Origin: Octopus vulgaris
Taxonomy: Eukaryota
Direction: 5' to 3'
Assembly: GCA_951406725.2 (NCBI GenBank)
Contig: OX597815.1
Location: forward strand, 806,001-870,000
DNA: 64,000 nt
A program made the translations under genes and the position numbers. Under the pieces are notes generated by a model that was not told where the DNA came from, did no database searches, and saw only the letters and a program-made list of their open reading frames with translations. Below, in pieces: positions 1-20,800 of the stretch (the first letter of the stretch is position 1; each line of letters opens with the position of its first letter).

Positions 1-125
1 CGGATTCGGCCAAGAGTCAGATTTGTTCCACACATGACAACAGTCGTTTGACATAATTCCTCAAGGCAGCAATGAGGGTGTGCAGAACGGTTTCATTGCT
101 CTGAGTGTGTCTCAGACAGTCCTGC
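1..125 (-). mobile_element. L1/Tx1-like LINE fragment (zinc-binding 3' region)
   Basis: Similar to 14040-14150 and 32510-32620; translates CLRHTQSNETVLH. Confidence 0.5.
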
Positions 126-371
126 CTGACAGCAAAATGTAAGGAAATTCTTTACAATTTCATCATTAATGGAGAATTTAGGATTATGGATCTGTTGCTG
201 TTGTTTAACCCTGAGTCATCTCTGACTGATTAAGAAGTAAATCTAAGATGAAAGCCCTTCCAGCCAAAAGTCCAAGAGTCTTGACTGACCAAATTCTCCT
301 CATTCGTGATACCATGTTTAATTAACTTCATCCTCCTCCTCTGCTTTCTCCGTTCCTCCTCCTCCTCCTAG

Positions 372-413
<42 letters not shown>

Positions 414-1049
414 ACATCACCAATTAATGTCTGTTCTCCATGTTGCCAGGGTAATTTGGACAGTTTGAAGGAACCTGGTTTCAAGGCCAGCTTTTGCATG
501 GTTTCCAGGGTCAGACACCCTTCTTAATGTCAACAACCTAACAGTGTGTACTGGGTGCTTTTCCTGTACCAGTGGCACATATGAGGTTGCCAAGTAACTT
601 CCAAGAAAAGAAAAGGAAAATCAAAAAGGAAAAAGCACCGCTCCCCCACCCACTCGCTCAGGTAAGTTGGGTGTGGGGTGTTTGACGTGTGGGAAGAGGT
701 GGCTTTATACCACTTGTTGTTTGGGGATGTTAAAGTATAAAAGAGGGAGACGAGATGTCTTGCTATAGTGAGGTTCCCTGGCAACCCCAGAACTTCACCT
801 CGTCACCCATATTATGCCCAGGCCTCACATTAAGCATTTCCCCAATCATTCTTCAGAATATCAGTCATCTGGAAATTCCCTGCAAGAGGCACATTAATCT
901 CAGCAATCTCACAGACCCTGACAATTCCATGGGCACAGCTCCTTCCTCCAGACCAACAGGGAAAGAGGAAACATCCCATTCTACACCTCAACATCCCTAC
1001 ATTTCCTTGATAACAATAGATAAGTTTGATAACAATAAATAAGCTTTAC

Positions 1050-10052
<9,003 letters not shown>

Positions 10053-10659
10053 CGTCACTACCTGAAATTCTGAAACATACATACATACATGTGTGTGTGT
10101 GTGTGTGTGTGTATAATCATTGTGCAATACAGTGTTAGTCAGAGGAAATGAAATAAATGGAAACCTTACAAAGTCTTCCTGCGTATTAAATAAGAATGCA
10201 AACACTTCTTTCTATGCTGTTGTTCTGTGGCAAGAAGAGGGATGAAGTCTCCTGATGGACTGTTTCAAAGTTTGTTAACAGCTCCTCAGAAAAGTAGACA
10301 AGGCTTCCTCCTTGCTAAATTAAACAAATCACTGGTGATCCCTTAATTCACGACAGGATTATAAGCAGCTGATCAATGCTATTGACTGCGGGAAAGGAAA
10401 TGGGTTGATCTTCTCTGAGAAGATAGGGTGAAAAGATCAGTGGTTAAAAAAGTATGATGTGGGGAGCAGGAACAGGTTTGCTGTTGTGAAGGACGTTCAT
10501 GATTATTTAATTTTGCATGGATAGACGGGGAAACTGTAGGGGCCACATTGCTTGATTTTCCAAGTTAGACCCTGCTTACTGTGTTCTCTTCACTGAGGAT
10601 CTGGTTGGGTTGACATCTTGCATTAGTCAAGCACATGTTACATGCTCAGGACAGATGAG

Positions 10660-10900
10660 GTGGCGGTATCTCGAGCTGGCAGAAACGTTAGCACGCCAGG
10701 CGAAATGCTTAGTGGTATTTCGTCTGCGTTACGTTGTGAGTTCAAATTCCGCCAAGGTCGACTTTGCCTTTCATCCTTTCGGGGTCGATAAATTAATTAC
10801 TAGTCACGCACTGGGGTCGATGTAATCAACTTAATACCTATGTCTGTCCTTGTTTGTCCCCTCTGTGTTTAGCCCCTTGTGGGCAATAAAGAAATAGGTA
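10660..10900 (+). mobile_element. tRNA-derived SINE, family with GACTTTGCCTTTCATCCTTTCGGGGTCGAT core
   Basis: B-box GAGTTCAAATTCC; other copies at about 4500-4860, 22880-23260, 25850-26570, 42410-42850, 57680-57903, 61790-61960. Confidence 0.8.
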
Positions 10901-11339
10901 TCTCATGGAGATGAGGATTGACTGGGTCACCTGGAGGACCAGAGAATGTGTTGACAAATGGTGGATACAACATGCTGCAGTGGTGCATGCCACCCCCACC
11001 CCTCACCCACCCACACACACACAACACCTGACCTAAATGGGGAGGCTGCAGTGGAACCCCAAAGAAAGACATCTATGGTGCAGATGAGGTACGAAAATGT
11101 GCCCTCACAATAATATGTTATAGAAAGGTGAAGAGAAGAGAGTGTAGATATGGAAGAATCAGGAAGGGAGGAATGGTAAGGCTTCAAGAATAGAAGGAGA
11201 GTAAGAAGACATGGAAGTAATAAGAGAAACATCGTTAGAATAATGAGGGATACAAACAGGTAAAGGTACAGCAAGATGATGGGAGAAAGGCGAGAGAAAG
11301 TTACTAAAGGGTACAAGGAGAAAATTAGGAAGGTGCTTG

Positions 11340-12432
11340 AGAAGAAAAATGAAATGGAGGGGAAATCATTAAAACAATAAATACATGGATTACACCCTTA
11401 TTAAGATATTATTCTACCTTTCAAGAATGGACGAAAGTCAGGCTCCAGAGTTTGGAGAGAAGAATTAGGGAGCTGCTCACAATGTACAATGCACTCCATC
11501 CTAAAAGTAATACTGACCAACACTACCTACCAAGAAAGGAAAGTGGCAGAGGATTACTAAATGTAGAAGACACCAGTTGTACTGTGATCCTGGGGCTGAT
11601 AAATTATGTTGTGTGGAGTGAAGAAAGACCAAAGCATTACCAAAATAGTGGGAGAATCCAAAGACAAAAGGAAGAACAACAGAACAAGTAAATGGAAAGA
11701 AATGGAATCATATGGCCAATTGAAGCAACAAATTTAGAATGATGAAATTAAAGAATGCTGGCTTTGTCTGTCGGACGGAAACATGAAAAGCTAATTATAG
11801 CTGCTGTGGAACAAGCCATTAGGGCAATTCTGATAAAGACAAAGATCAATAAAATGCAGACAGCACATGTAGAATTTGCAGGAAAAGAGATGAAAGTATC
11901 AATCGTCTCTTGAATGAGTGCAGTATACTAACACAAAAAGAGTATAAGTGCAGGCATGACTGTGAAGGTGAAAGAGTGCATTGCGATGTTAGCCAAGTGT
12001 GTGGACCCCAAATAACAAAAAACTGGTATGAACACAAACCAGAGGCTGTGATAGAAAGTGAGAGCTAGCGGATATTATGGGACTTCCCTATAAAAGCTAA
12101 TCGTACAACTGAAGCAAGAAAAGCAGATATAATTATTGAATACCAAATAAACAAAGAATGTTTGAGTTTACAATTCATTATCAGAGCAGAGTCGAAACCA
12201 AAGAAATTGAAAAGAATTGAGAAATATCAGGATTTAGGCTGAAGAGCTGAGAAGACTGCAGAAGACGAAGACAACAATTATTCTTGTAGTGATTGGTGTA
12301 CTTAGGGCAACACCTAAAATGCTACCTAGAAAAGTACCATTCTGCAAGAATCCTAAAGAAGACTCTTGAGATTTGAGGAGACTTGTTATTACCAAACATC
12401 AAGATCAAATATCTACTACTTAAACTAGCTTC
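11340..12432 (+). mobile_element. R4/Dong-like LINE relic (restriction-like endonuclease clade)
   Basis: HPKSNTDQHYLPRKESGRGL, CRIC zinc knuckle, ILWDFPIK...KADII, VIGVLG; ends at (TAA)n. Confidence 0.78.
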
Positions 12433-12499
12433 ATAATAATAATAATGATGATGATGATGATGATAATAATAATAAGAAGAAGAAGAGGAAGAAGAAGAA

Positions 12500-13400
12500 G
12501 AAATAAACATAAAAAGAAAGTATGAACACACAAAAAAAGAAAAAGCATGGAAGGAAAAAATGTATGGTCAGTTTGCAAGAGATGCGAATGCCAAGACAGA
12601 TACAAAGGACCTGTGGCTATAGATGAGGAGGAGTGACCTGAAGATAGAGCCAGAAGCATTCATATGTGCAGCTCAAGAACAAGCATTAAGGACCAACTAT
12701 GTGAAGTGCAGAATAGACAATATTACCAACAGCGACAAATGCAGAATGTGTGGAGAGAGGGGTGAAACATTACGGCACATCATTAGCGAATGCCAGGAAT
12801 TGGCACAACGCAAATACAAAAGACGACATGACAATGTGGCAAGAATGATCCATCAGGAGCTATGTGGAAATCACAGCCTACAAAGAGCAAAAAACATGGT
12901 GTGAGCAAACCCCAGAAGAAACCACTGAGAGTGAGAACTGCAAAATCCTATTGGATGCAATGATTCAGTGTGATCCTCTGACCAGACATTGGAAACTGGA
13001 CATTGTTGTGGTGAACAAAAAAGCAAGAACATGTACGATAATTGACATAACATGCCTCGGTGACAACAGGATCAATGTGAAAGAAGAAGAAAAAAATAAA
13101 CAACTCTGACGATTCAAAGTGGGAAATATGAAGGTTGTGGTCAATGAGGAGAGTAGACCTGATACCAATAGTGATTGGTGCAGTTGGGAGTATCAGCACT
13201 CAACTACCAAAAGATTGGTGCAAGTGTGAAAGTAGAACACCTACAAAAATCAGCATTGCTTGGAACTCCAAGAATTCTTTGCAGGGTTCTTGAAGCATGA
13301 CCAGTAAACAAGTGTCCCCTTAGTCTGGTGGCTGTGGACAGCTGACATTTCCCATCAAATCCAGCAAAATAAGCTGTGAGTTTTCATCACAATGATAATA
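12500..13400 (+). mobile_element. R4/Dong-like LINE relic, second copy
   Basis: AAQEQALRTNY, CRMCGERGETLRHIISEC (CCHC), YKRRHDNVA, KLDIVV...IIDITC, IPIVIGAVG. Confidence 0.85.
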
Positions 13401-13559
13401 ACGATTTCATTTATTTGCCACAAGGGTAAAGGACGAGGGGGACAATACAAAGACAGACATAAAGTGTAGTAGGGGCTTATATATAATGAAATGATAAAAT
13501 AATTAAATAAGTAACAAAAAATAAATATAAATAAAAGTAAAATTAAAAACCAATGTGAG

Positions 13560-15250
13560 TAGACACGGTATATGAAGAAAAGGAAGGGAAATAAAGATAG
13601 AAAGGTTTAAAAAAGACAAAATGTGGTAGGGAGGATGACAGAGATGTTGCCCTCCTGATACTGGATGACCTCTAGGGATAATCAAGGAACCCCACTCTCT
13701 GAGATTTCCCTGAACATCAAGAGCAAGTGTCCTCTCCAAATCACTGGTCTACGCTTAGAGAGGTACCATCCACTCTTGAAATTTTCACTACTTTCACCCA
13801 CCTTTCAATAAACTCACTTGAGGACAGCACTTCCCTCTCCACTGGCAATTTCCTTTTCAAGTGAAACGTGGAGAAGTCAATTAGAGCTCTACCAAAGAGG
13901 AATCTATTTGTCCTCATGCCTTTCAGCCTTGTCCACCAAACAACCTCTTTCGCCTCCAGCTAAAGGAAAACTGCTTGCCTACCCAATTAAAGGAAGGTGG
14001 TGGAGCAATCATCAGCTGATAGACAGATCCATCCCATGTGTGACAGCAGCTGTTTGACATAACCCTACACGTCAGCAATTACCAGACACTGAACAAGTGT
14101 CTGCAGAACAGTTTCCTCACTCAGCACACACCTCAGACAGCACATCTGTGATTGTTGAGTCTATCTTGAACCAGCCCCCCCCCCCCGGTAGCACTGCCAG
14201 GCGAAGGACATCTGGAAATTATCCATGATTGTTCATGATCAGAAAGTTCTCCAGAACAGACTAGCCAGTTCGTTTTCAGTGGCACCCAGTGTCTCTCCAA
14301 GAACATCGTCACACTTCCCCCCCCCTACTAATCCTCAATAGATTTCTAAAGTGGGGCATCCACCAATCCCATTGCCCGACTGGTGGGGGGGGTGGGCTGT
14401 GGGCACCTGACAATATTCTAGGTGCCAGGTGCCCGGTCTTGGTTTTTTCTTCCCTCAGGACTACAGCTCTGTTAAGGAGACAAGCTGCAGAAAGACATAC
14501 CTCACAAATGGAGTCCACACATGTTTACCATCCAGAAACCATTGCAGGTGGTGTAACCTAAAAGTATGTCTGTACATTAGGAGCCACAGCAGACCGAATC
14601 TGCCACTCAGAGGATGCTGGCAACAGATACAAGTGTATAGAGTCTACAAAATATGGAACAACACAAGTGATGCAATCGCCCTGATACAGGAGAAACTCCA
14701 ACAAGGGTCAATCAAGGAACACCACAGACCCAGAATCACCCTGACTACCAAAGTCACAAGCCCTCTCTCCTGTTCTCCAATCTACAAGTGCTTACTTAGA
14801 GTAGGGCCATTCACTCTAACAGTTTTCGCCATAGTCACCCATCTTTTCACAAAGTCATTGGGAGGCAGCACTTCTCTCTCCTCCATCACTTTCCTTTTTG
14901 AGTGAAACTTTAAAACAGTTGATGAGAGTTTGACCAAAGAGGAATGTGCTTTTCCTCAATTCGTTCAGCTTCGTCCACCACATAACCTCTTTTGCCTCTA
15001 GACAGAGGAACACAATCCTTCCTGCCTTGTTAAGGATGGGTGGTGGGATGATCCTCAAAATGGATTCAGTTGATAGATTCGTCCCCACCCCACACACAAA
15101 ACAGCTGTTTGATATAACTCCACAATTGAGCAATACTCAAACACAGCACAAGTGTGCAGAACAGGTTTGCCCCTCTCCCCTTACTCTCTCTACCAACACT
15201 TTGGACAGTTATCGCTCCATAGCTTTCTCCTTCCATCTGACTTTTCTTGT
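13560..15250 (-). mobile_element. L1/Tx1-like LINE relic(s), 3' part, partly duplicated
   Basis: Degenerate ORF2 3' region; 13900-14110 resembles 14930-15170 and 32330-32860. Confidence 0.55.
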
Positions 15251-16084
15251 CTCTTCATAAACTCCCTCACTATTTCAATTCCTTTCACTTTTCTACCTGT
15301 TTTTCTATTCCTCCATCATTTCTTACATAAAACCTTGTGTGGAGTCGGTCTCAGATAATAAAATACAACTGCCTTCGTTGATCTCCTTTGTTCTAGTTGT
15401 TTCCCTTCCTTGTTCTTAGTTGAAATTCTTCCTTTAATGACTTTGCTATTCAACCGAGTCAGCCAGTCCGATAAATTGATTTCTTACTTAGACACATGTT
15501 CGGTTATTTATAAAGAGTTATAAGAATTTCTTAGAGAAGGACTGAGGTTCTGTGACATTCTCAAGATATTTAGCAGCATTAATAACACATCTACAGTTGC
15601 AGACCCTAGAGAACCAGTGGCACAGTGTGCCTACCTCGTGCCCTCAAACCTATACAGCAAAATAAAAAATGCTGCCCATAACAGAATCGCCGGAACGGAC
15701 CGCCTCTAACTTCCTCCCCAGGCACACAAGTGAAAAGAAAATCAGGCCAATTCGGATACAAACCCCCCACCACACCCAAGACTCATTAATTACAGCTGCT
15801 CTACCCTGCTAATTAGGGCCCACATTATTTTTCGCAACTCGTCAGTAAAAATAATTACCAAAATTATTTCATTCAGTGGTATGTTCCAAGGAAACGAAAA
15901 TATCCATGTGGATCATGTTTAGAACGAAGCAACTTAGAGGTGTTGAGTTCAAATCCTCACAAGTATTCCGTCAACTATGGACACAGGACTGGAATTCTTG
16001 CTCCTTTTCTATTTTCTGCTGTAATCCTGTTCACATCTCTGATGTTCTTCTTCAAGAACAGTAAATCAATTCAGTTCTTTATAT

Positions 16085-16740
16085 ATAATAATGAGATTAT
16101 TGTATACAGTGCTCAGGTGCACCACAACTTATCAAAAGTGCGTATAAAGCATATGCATTAATGTACAAATGTCTGGAAAGCGAACAATGTATGAGTCAGA
16201 TCCATGCTTGCGTGTGTATGGAGGGGAGAAAATCAGGTGTAGTGTTGACGAATCTCAGAAAGCATGGAAGTTTTGAAGGATGCAGTGCTCCGACAACTAA
16301 CAACTGATGCCGGCAGTTTGTTCCATGCTTCAGCAACTCTCAGTGTGAAAAAATGTTTCCTAAAGTCATGGGAGCTGTGCTGTTTTCTGACTTTGTAAAC
16401 ATGTCCACGGGTGTTAGACGGGTGGAGTTTGAAAAGGTGCTCAGAGTTATTGTTTGTAAGATGGTTAATAATTTTATGGGTGTCTGCCAAGTCAGCTGCC
16501 AGACGTCGGAGTTTCAATGTGTCCATGCCCAGGGAAGCAAGGCATTCAGAATATGGCAAATGCCTGATGGAGGGTATTCTCTTGGTTGCACGTCGCTGAA
16601 CGGCTTCCAGACGATTAATATCCTGGGCAAGATAGGAGTTTCAGACCAGTGATGCAAATTCCAGGTGAGGTCTTACCATAGGTATATAGAGCCTCAGATA
16701 GATAGCTGGAGAGCGGCTCACAAAGGACTTGGTGAGAGAT
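16085..16740 (-). mobile_element. CR1-clade LINE 3' fragment
   Basis: VRPHLEFASLVW-like, RRLAADL, TRGHVYK...RKHFFTLRVAEAWNKLP. Confidence 0.85.
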
Positions 16741-17401
16741 GCTTTATTTATCAATCAATCCTGGAAGGACGCAAAGTTGACCTTGAATAGATTTGAACTC
16801 AGAATGTATAGGTTTGCAGTCACCTTGTTAAATGACTAGACACTTTAATTACTCCCGTGCCCATCACCGTCCAAGTAAAGATTCGAGTTTCTGGCTGTGT
16901 CTCTTCTTACAGTGTTGGCGGGGAAGACGATTCTGACTTGCAATTAAAGGGAGACAACCAAAGGGAAAAGATTGAAACATTTTGGGCTTAGAGAAAAGGA
17001 ACGAGATTGTGTGATGTTCATGCCTTTTTTTTTAAAGGGAAATTTATAATTTATGTAAGAGATGTAACCGCAACCGGAAATTAAACCTGGTTCTCTGAGA
17101 TCTTTCTACTTTACAATTAAGAACACTATTTAACAAATATTTTGCATCAATAAATAGATTTCTTCAATAAAACTAATTAAATATAAAAAATTAATATGTA
17201 GGATAAAATATTACAAAAAACTATTAAAGAGGAAATACAATTTTACACAAAAATATTTTCGTAGATGTTTTAGTTATGGTGTTATTGTCGAGGAGTTCGT
17301 TAAATCGCTCTCCGCCACTCCACAACAAAACAGTAAATATTATAAAGAAGGAATATTTAGTGGACTAACCTAACTGTCTTGGCGCCAAATTTCTTTCTCA
17401 C

Positions 17402-17701
17402 CTCTTTAGAAATGTTAGAAATGTTCCAATAAAAAAAACAAAAACAAGTGTTGTTTGTTGTTTGGTTGCTAAGGAGATATTCCGGAGCGCAGAAAATGTA
17501 ATTCTTCACTATGATTGGTTAAAATGTTGTCGTCTGTCATTTATTTCTTTTGAGCAATATTAAACAATATAAAACGAAGAAAAAAGAATTGGTGTTGCTA
17601 GTAATTTAATTTCTACACCAAAATATAAAAGATAATGAAATTTGATTTAAATAATAACATTTATAGATTTATTGTAATTTCACCTTGGCAATGTTTTCAA
17701 A
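17402..17701. promoter_or_regulatory. Candidate bidirectional promoter RSPH3/TMEM242 with RFX X-box (17465-17478), inverted CCAAT box (about 17514-17518) and putative RSPH3 non-coding first exon (donor at 17401)
   Basis: GTTGCTAAGGAGAT (reverse ATCTCCTTAGCAAC) fits an X-box; GATTGGTT; minus-strand donor AGAG|gtgaga; repeat-free stretch just upstream of the TMEM242 ATG. Confidence 0.6.
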
Positions 17702-17846
17702 ATGGCTTCATCGACCGACGACGACGGATCGAAGCAGAACCGATTAAATGAAGAAATAAAGCCTGAACCTACTTTATTGGCAGGAACTAATGAGGAGGAC
17801 ACGCAGATTAAGAACCAGCGAAATAATAGACTGTCTAATTTAAAAG
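17702..17846 (+). CDS. TMEM242: TMEM242 exon 1
   Basis: aaaATGG context, open frame MASSTDDDGSKQ...LSNLK, donor G|gtatt in phase 1 matching exon 2. Confidence 0.82.
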
Positions 17847-20800
17847 GTATTTTCTATTTTATGGTAATTATTCATTGAACATTATGCTGAGTGTCTGAGG
17901 TGATTGTGTTTAACCACAGGCCAGTCCTGTAGAGGCACAGGATCAGAATCGACCGGTTTTAATAATAATTATGAAATTATTGTAAACACTGCTCAGGTGC
18001 ACCACACGGTTCTTGGTCCATCGTGCAATTCTGTGACAGTATATCGTTCTTTTGCCAAAACGGTGTGATGTCATTTGGGTATTATTTCTAGCTGGGCCAG
18101 CAACCACGTAGGGGTTCCCTATTCCGTTGTCTTGTTAAGGGTGACTTTCGTCCTGGACCCAAGATTGACTTATCCCAGTCCTAAGTTGGCCTCTTCGGTC
18201 AGCAAGCTTCTATTCTAAAACACATTCTTTTACTGATATCAACTCTAAGTCCTCAACCAAGGAGACTTGCAAGTAAAACCGCCGGCACACGTGTGTCTGT
18301 GTGTGTTTAGTTCTTCCAATAAGTAAATTAGGAAGATTCAATCATTTAACTGAAATCATCAACAAAACGAAGATTCTTAGAAGAAGTCCTGGCGATGTTT
18401 CAAAACATCGCCGAAGTCCTTTTTATTTTCGCATCAAGAAAAAAAAGTTTCTTTCAAAAATTCATTTTTTTACAAATTTCTTAATTGCCCCCCCCCCCCA
18501 AGCATTTTTGTGTCTTTGGAATTGTTGCCACAATTAAAATTAATTTGTTTTTGGCATTCTTTCATCATTTTATTTCATAACACAAAAAAAAAAAATTCAA
18601 CAACAGGCACAGGAGTGGCTGTGTGGTAAGTAGCTTGCTAACCAACTACTTGGTTCCGGGTTCAGTCCCACTGCGTGGCATCTTGGGCAAGTGTCTTCTA
18701 CTATGGCCCCAGGCCGACCAATGCCTTGTGAGTGGATTTGGTAGACGGAAACTGAAAGAAGCCTGTCGTATATATGTATATATATATAAGTATGTCTGTG
18801 TTTGTCCCCTTAGCATTGCTTGACAACCGATGCTGGTGTGTTTACGTCCCTGTAACTTAGCGGTTCGGCAAAAGAGACCGATAAAATAAGTACTGGGCTT
18901 ACAAGGAATAAGTCCTGGGGTCGATTTGCTCGACTAAAGGCGGTGCTCCAGCATGGCCGCAGTCAAATGACTGAAACAAGTAAAAGAGAGTAGAGTAAGT
19001 GCTTGTGTTACTGTGCGTTAAGAAGTTTGCTTTCCAGCCACGTTGTTCCGGGTTCGTTCCCATTGCATTGCACCTTTTCAGCAAGTATCTTCTCTACTAC
19101 AGCCTCAGAGAGGGCATTTGATAGACGGAAACTGAACGAAGCCCATCGTATGGGGTTGGGACACAATGAGGAGTTTTTACGGCATTTTTGACTTGGAGAC
19201 AAAATATTGTTTTTACAAATGTTCATTACCTTACAAAAATGAAATTGCTAAGCAAATGGCTTTCCCTAAATGCATTGAAAAGCATTATAGCATAATCTGA
19301 ATATTTCAGAATATTATTGCTATTTTCTTTGAGCATAGAAAAGACAAATTTGACTGGTGCAAAATGTGTAACACAGGATAAGGTAAACTTGCCACTTCAG
19401 TTTTCCAGAATTACATTTGAAAACCGACTCATACTCATCCAATATCCATCCCTAGACATAAGAAAGATCAGAAATGCCAATATATATATATATATATGTG
19501 TGTGTGTATGTGTATATGTCAGATGAAAGAGGAACAGGAAAATGGTACCATGATATGAAATTAATGAAACTAGACTAAATAGAAAAGCTCAACATAAAAT
19601 ATTCTCTACAACTTCTTCACAATCTGCTGGAGTGTCCTCTTCATCATATATTTATTCGCCGTGCAGTTAAAGAGAAGGAATTAGGCATTACCAATTTTTA
19701 CTCCATTTTTAGACAGCATATTTTGAAACTTGAAAATTATCAAATTAGACTTCATAAATATTTATTTCTCCCACAGAGAAAAGAATATTGTTTGTCAAAC
19801 ACCAAAAATCATCCAGTTATTTCACCAGCAACCTCAATTATAACTGGGTCAGAGTTGAGGTAAAATTTCTTGGATAAAAAAGAGAACCTGTCGCTTGACT
19901 ATGTTTTGAACTCTTCCCACCTCAACAACAACAGCAACAACTCTGCTGCCCAACTTCTACTCCCAGACATAACGCAGCAATATAAAATGATGATGAAAAA
20001 ATGAGAAATTAGAAATTACTTGTTTTACCTTGGTTACTAATTTTGCCACCCCCTCGTGTGTGTCTGTGTTTGTTTTACCCCCAGCATTGTTTGACTACTG
20101 GTGTTGGTGTGTTTATATCCCCATAACTTAGTGGTTTGGCAAAAGAGATCGATAGAATAAGTGTCAGGCTTTAAAAACAGAAAGTACTGGCATTGACTCC
20201 TTTGACTGAGAATTCTTCTGGGCAGTGTCACACACAGGGATTGAACACAAAATCAGGTGGTTGAGAAGCATAAAATGTTTTTTACAAAAAGGCAAAAAGT
20301 GAGAAAAAAAATTCTAAAAGATGGTGGTCGGTGCGGAGTGGGGGAAGAAAGATGTTAAAAAATGGAATTTTGGAGAAAATTAATTTTGATGAATTGTCTA
20401 TGGCTACGACCCTAAAACCAAGATTCAATCTTTCAGAGTGGAAAACCCCAACCTCTCCAAGACCAAAGAAAGCATAAAAGAGTCGAAGCAATGTGAAGAC
20501 ACTATTGACAGTTTTCTTCTATTACAAGGGGGTTTGTTCATCATGAGTCTGCTCCACTTGGTCAGGCAACAAACAAGGAGGACTACCATGACATGTGGCA
20601 TTTGTAGGATGTTGTTCATTAGAAAAGGACAGAATTGAATGTGTCTGGTGAGTGGCAACTCCACCAGGACAATGCACCATGCCCTTTCACTGCAGTTTTG
20701 GATCCAGCACAACATTCCCCTCATCCGTTCTTCACTCCTGCTCCAGAGCGTTGGCTGCGGGGTCATTCCGAAAAGCTCTATCTGCGACGATTTCATCTCA

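Noticed and set aside
1-125. Next RSPH3 exon (cag acceptor near 126)
   Set aside because: The required phase-0 frame hits a stop and lacks RSPH3 similarity; the sequence matches the L1/Tx1-like relic at 14040-14150.
15820-15850. Minus-strand CTGACGA-GTTGC-GAAA hammerhead-like core
   Set aside because: No convincing stem I or stem III pairing.
18605-18680. tRNA gene
   Set aside because: A/B boxes are present but no full cloverleaf; it is the head of a multi-copy SINE.
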